This document shows positions 60,205 to 64,000 of a stretch of 64,000 bases of DNA, one piece after another. Each line of letters begins with the position of its first letter. Positions within the stretch are counted from its first letter, which is position 1. A program made the position numbers and the translations under genes. Source of the DNA: an uncultured Actinomycetota bacterium (GTDB taxonomy: Bacteria; Actinomycetota; Actinomycetes; Mycobacteriales; Nakamurellaceae); NCBI GenBank assembly GCA_963700115.1, contig OY969473.1:2499446-2563445 (forward strand), written 5' to 3'. The notes beneath the pieces are model-generated. The model did not search any database and was not told where the DNA came from. It saw nothing but the letters and a program-made list of their open reading frames with translations.

Positions 60205-61497
60205 TCAGCGGCGGCCGGCCAGGTCACGCAGGGGCAGTTCGACGGTCACCCGGGTCCCGTGCGGCTCGGCCGGTGCCAACGTGAAGCGACCGCCGGCCGC
60301 CTCGATCCGCAGCCGGTGCGACGCGACGCCGATGTGCCCGGCCGCCAGTTGCCGACCCAGGACGCCGTCGCCGATGCCGTGCCCGTCGTCACTCACCACG
60401 GCTCGGACCACGTCCGACGTCCGTTCGAGCAGGACCGAGACGTGCTGCGCCCGGGCATGTTTGACGACGTTGGCGAGGGCCTCCCGGACCGCCGAGTACA
60501 CCAGGAGATCCGTCGGATCGCGGGGCACCGTCCCGTCGTCGGGCGGCTGCACGTCGACGGTGACGGTCAGCGGTGCGCGGGTCGCCGTGGCCGCGGCGAG
60601 ATCGCGGATCGCCTGGGCGAGGCCGGCCTGGGCCAGTACAGCGGGATGCAGCTCGCCGACGGTGGACCGCAGCAGCCGGGTCGACTGCGTCAGGGCTTCG
60701 TCGATGCGGTCGAACGCGGCGGGCTCACCGGTCTCGCGAGCCTCCTCCAGCTCGAGCCGGGCCCCCAGGAGGTACTGGAGTGCGCCGTCATGCAGGGCCT
60801 CGGCGAGTTCCCGGCGTTGCCGGTCCTCCAGGGTGCCGAGTTGGGTCAGCAACGCGGCCCGGTCCGCGGCCAGCCGGGCGATCTCGGCGACGCGGCCGCG
60901 CTGCACGGCACTCAGCGCCACCGCAGCCAGCGACACTGCGGCCACCACCGCGGTGCGCAGGATCACCGAACTCCACGGCTCCCACTGACTGCTGTCCTCG
61001 CCGTACGTGCGGGCCGCGGCGCCGGAGACGAAGTACAGCAGGGTGGTGCCGACGCCGACGCCCGCGCCCAGTCCCGGCCGCAACTGAGTGGCGGCCAGCA
61101 GCGGGATCAGCAGGAACCCGTTCACCAGGATGTAGGGCGTCCAGCTCTGCTCGTCGGAGACGCCGGTCAACTGCACCAGCAACCCGAACAACAGCAGATC
61201 GACGATCAGGACGACCCAGGTGAGCCGGGCCAGGTGCAGCGGATCACGGCGGAACCAGAGCGCGACGAGTCCGGTCCACACCGCATAGCCGACGACGAGC
61301 AGCCGGCACGGTGTCGCATAGAACTCCGGCGGCGCCCACCACAGGGTCGCGATGGCGAACGCGACCAGCAACGGCCGGAGGGCCACGTGCACCGCGGTAC
61401 CGCGGACGACGTGGGCGCCGATGAGTCGGTCGGATTCGGCACGAGGGTCCGGCGACATCTCCGGGACCGCGTCCGGCACCGTACCGTGCACCACCAT
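60205..61497 (-). CDS. Membrane sensor histidine kinase (HisKA_3, NarS-like)
   Basis: ELAEALHDGALQ, REALANVVKHA, DDGHG, GHIG. Confidence 0.92.
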   Translation of the reverse strand: MVVHGTVPDAVPEMSPDPRAESDRLIGAHVVRGTAVHVALRPLLVAFAIATLWWAPPEFYATPCRLLVVGYAVWTGLVALWFRRDPLHLARLTWVVLIVDLLLFGLLVQLTGVSDEQSWTPYILVNGFLLIPLLAATQLRPGLGAGVGVGTTLLYFVSGAAARTYGEDSSQWEPWSSVILRTAVVAAVSLAAVALSAVQRGRVAEIARLAADRAALLTQLGTLEDRQRRELAEALHDGALQYLLGARLELEEARETGEPAAFDRIDEALTQSTRLLRSTVGELHPAVLAQAGLAQAIRDLAAATATRAPLTVTVDVQPPDDGTVPRDPTDLLVYSAVREALANVVKHARAQHVSVLLERTSDVVRAVVSDDGHGIGDGVLGRQLAAGHIGVASHRLRIEAAGGRFTLAPAEPHGTRVTVELPLRDLAGRR

Positions 61498-61619
61498 TCC
61501 GACCTCCCGCCGCCCGGGCGCGCAGACCGGTTCCCGCGATGGTCGCACGTGCGATGCTGGGTCCACAGCGCACCGAGCCGATCGCGCGCCGTTGATCGCG
61601 CGCCGCCGACAGCCGAGGA

Positions 61620-62270
61620 TTGATGACGACCTCCACCTCCCGGATCACCGTGCTCGTGGCGGACGACCATCCGTTCTTCCGCGACGGAGTGACCCGGGGT
61701 CTGCTCCAGAGCGGCGTGATCGACGTCGTCGCACAGGCCGAGGACGGCCGCGAGGCGCTCGACCTGATCCGCGAGCACCGCCCCCAGGTCGCACTGGTGG
61801 ACTACCAGATGCCTGGCATGGACGGTCTGGCGGTGGTGCACGCCGTGATCCGGGACGACCTGCCCACGCGGGTGCTGCTGCTGTCCGCCGCGACCGACAG
61901 CGCCATCGTGTACCGCGCACTGGAGGAGGGCGCTGCCGGTTACCTGTCCAAGGACGCCCGTCGCGCCGAGATCGTCGACGCGGTCCAGCAGGCGGCCAAG
62001 GGCCGGATCGTCGTGCCGCCGGCGCTGGCCGCCGGGCTGGCCGGCCAGATCCGGCTCCGCGCTTCGACCACCACGCCGGTGCTGTCCGAGCGCGAGCGGG
62101 AGGTCCTGGTGGCCTTCGCCGCCGGGAAGTCGATCCCCGCTGTCGCCGCCGAGCTCTATCTCGCGCCGAGCACCGTCAAGACCCACACGCAGCGGCTCTA
62201 CGAGAAGCTCGGGGTGTCCGATCGGGCGGCCGCCGTCGCCGAGGCCATGCGGCAGGGTCTGCTGGAGTGA
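61620..62270 (+). CDS. NarL/LuxR-family response regulator
   Basis: ADDHP, VDYQMP.MDG, LSEREREVL, TVKTH..KLGV.DR. Confidence 0.95.
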   Translation: MMTTSTSRITVLVADDHPFFRDGVTRGLLQSGVIDVVAQAEDGREALDLIREHRPQVALVDYQMPGMDGLAVVHAVIRDDLPTRVLLLSAATDSAIVYRALEEGAAGYLSKDARRAEIVDAVQQAAKGRIVVPPALAAGLAGQIRLRASTTTPVLSEREREVLVAFAAGKSIPAVAAELYLAPSTVKTHTQRLYEKLGVSDRAAAVAEAMRQGLLE

Positions 62271-62734
62271 TGTCGGCCGGTCCGGTGCGACCCACATCGG
62301 CGCGCCGATCCCCCAGGGCCACCCGGCACCCGCCACCCGGCCGAGCGTGGTGCGGATCCGTCCCGGGCCGACGGGGATGATCCGGGATGACCTGTTACCG
62401 AGGCGGGTTCGAGCACCGACACCGCCCGGGGTCCGGACAGCGGCCGCACTCGGGCAACAGGGTGATTCCGATCTCTTGAACGGTTATCCCGCGGACGGCA
62501 GGAACCGCCTGGGTATAGGAACCCGCAAGCGTGACCGGATTCCGGGTCGGCCGGAAGGTACCCGGTGGCCACCGGACGCTGTTCCCGCCAACCAGGCGGT
62601 CCGGATTCCAGACGCCACGTCGGATTCGCTGTACCGACGGAAATGTGCTGAATTGGAACCGTCCAGCGGTGACATCTGCAGCATCCCCGAGACCACGACC
62701 ACGGCGCCGCTGCGCCCTATGACATGGAGTGACG

Positions 62735-64000
62735 ATGACCGCGACCCAACGGGTCTGGCCAGGTGCCCCCTATCCGCTCGGTGCCACCTACAACGGCACC
62801 GGCACCAACTTCGCGCTGTTCTCCGAGGTGGCCACCGGGGTGGAGCTGTGCCTCTTCGACCACGACGGCACCGAGACCCGCTACCCGCTGACCGAGCGGG
62901 ACGCCTTCGTCTGGCACGGCTACCTGCCGCACGTCGGCCCCGGCCAGCAGTACGGCTTCCGCGTGCACGGCCCGTACGAGCCGGAGAACGGCCACCGCTG
63001 CAATCCCAGCAAGCTGCTGCTCGACCCCTACGCCAAGGCGATCGAAGGCGACATCGACTGGGACCAGGCCTGCTTCTCCTACACCTGGGGTGACGAGAAC
63101 TCGTTCGACGACCAGGACTCCGCGCCCCACATGAGCAAGTCGGTCGTGGTGAGCCCGTTCTTCGACTGGGAGAACGATCGGCCGCCCCGCATCCCCTACG
63201 CCGACACCATCGTCTACGAGGCACACGTCAAGGGCCTCACCAAGACGCACCCCGGCATCCCCGAGGACATCCGCGGGACCTACGCGGCGCTGGCCCACCC
63301 GGTGATGATCGACCACTACAAGAAGCTCGGGGTCACCGCGATCGAGCTGATGCCGGTGCACCAGTTCGTCCACGACAGCCACCTGGCCGACCGCGGGATG
63401 CGCAACTACTGGGGCTACAACACCATCGGCTTCTTCGCCCCGCACGCCGAGTACTGCTCGCAGGGCCAGAACGGCCAGCAGGTCCAGGAGTTCAAGGCCA
63501 CCGTCAAGGCGCTGCACGAGGCGGGCCTCGAGGTGATCCTCGACGTCGTCTACAACCACACCGCCGAGGGCAACCAGCTCGGCCCGACGCTCTCCTTCCG
63601 GGGTATCGACAACGCCGCCTACTACCGGCTCGTCGACGGCGACCAGGCGCACTACTTCGACACCACCGGCACCGGCAACTCGCTGCTCATGCGGCACCCC
63701 CACGTGCTGCAGCTCATCATGGACTCCCTGCGCTACTGGGTCACCGAGATGCACGTCGACGGCTTCCGATTCGACCTGGCCAGCTCGCTGGCCCGCCAGT
63801 TCCACGAGGTCGACCGGCTGTCGGCGTTCTTCGACCTGGTCCAGCAGGATCCGGTCGTCAGCCAGGTCAAGCTCATCGCCGAGCCGTGGGACATCGGTTC
63901 CAACGGCTACAACGTCGGCGGGTTCCCCCCGCTGTGGACCGAGTGGAACGGCAAGTACCGCGACCAGGTTCGCGACTTCTGGCGCGGCCAGGACGCCACC
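62735..64000 (+). CDS. glgX: Glycogen debranching enzyme (partial, runs off the window)
   Basis: [37 protein letters not shown]. Absent from the ORF track, presumably because it has no stop in the window. Confidence 0.95.
   Translation, partial: MTATQRVWPGAPYPLGATYNGTGTNFALFSEVATGVELCLFDHDGTETRYPLTERDAFVWHGYLPHVGPGQQYGFRVHGPYEPENGHRCNPSKLLLDPYAKAIEGDIDWDQACFSYTWGDENSFDDQDSAPHMSKSVVVSPFFDWENDRPPRIPYADTIVYEAHVKGLTKTHPGIPEDIRGTYAALAHPVMIDHYKKLGVTAIELMPVHQFVHDSHLADRGMRNYWGYNTIGFFAPHAEYCSQGQNGQQVQEFKATVKALHEAGLEVILDVVYNHTAEGNQLGPTLSFRGIDNAAYYRLVDGDQAHYFDTTGTGNSLLMRHPHVLQLIMDSLRYWVTEMHVDGFRFDLASSLARQFHEVDRLSAFFDLVQQDPVVSQVKLIAEPWDIGSNGYNVGGFPPLWTEWNGKYRDQVRDFWRGQDAT

Noticed and set aside
62575-62680. 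Palindromic element upstream of glgX
   Set aside because: Weak symmetry and no second copy seen in the window.

Overview
High-GC actinobacterial chromosome segment (Actinomycetota judged from gene content and codon style; genus not determinable). It holds about 55 CDSs, tRNA-Lys(CTT) and tRNA-Leu(TAG). I see no CRISPR array, integrase, transposase or prophage. The left half is mixed metabolic, transport and stress genes: adenosine deaminase, YbdK ligase, PLA2, Bcp, ActP, SodC, NhaP, Zn-ADHs, alkaline phosphatase, TerD-vWA and copper amine oxidase. From about 33.6 to 50.1 kb lies a lipid/secondary-metabolite super-cluster: idi-crtI-crtB, a GGPPS-acyltransferase-GT2-P450 operon, UbiA with a type III PKS/methyltransferase/FAD-oxidoreductase (srsABC-like) operon, and an Rv1356c/Rv1355c/Rv1354c-like operon (N-acyltransferase, ThiF-nitroreductase, GAF-GGDEF-EAL). 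The most interesting candidates are: (i) an aldonolactone-oxidoreductase + galactinol-synthase-like GT8 operon whose 5' leader can fold into an RBS-occluding three-way junction; (ii) the oxazolone-synthase-like operon coupled to a c-di-GMP enzyme; (iii) an uncharacterised coupled small-gene pair behind a SigF/SigB-type promoter; (iv) a 62-bp palindromic dispersed repeat. At least 14 recognisable genes carry frameshifts, most likely assembly errors. All calls come from motifs read by eye; no searches were run.
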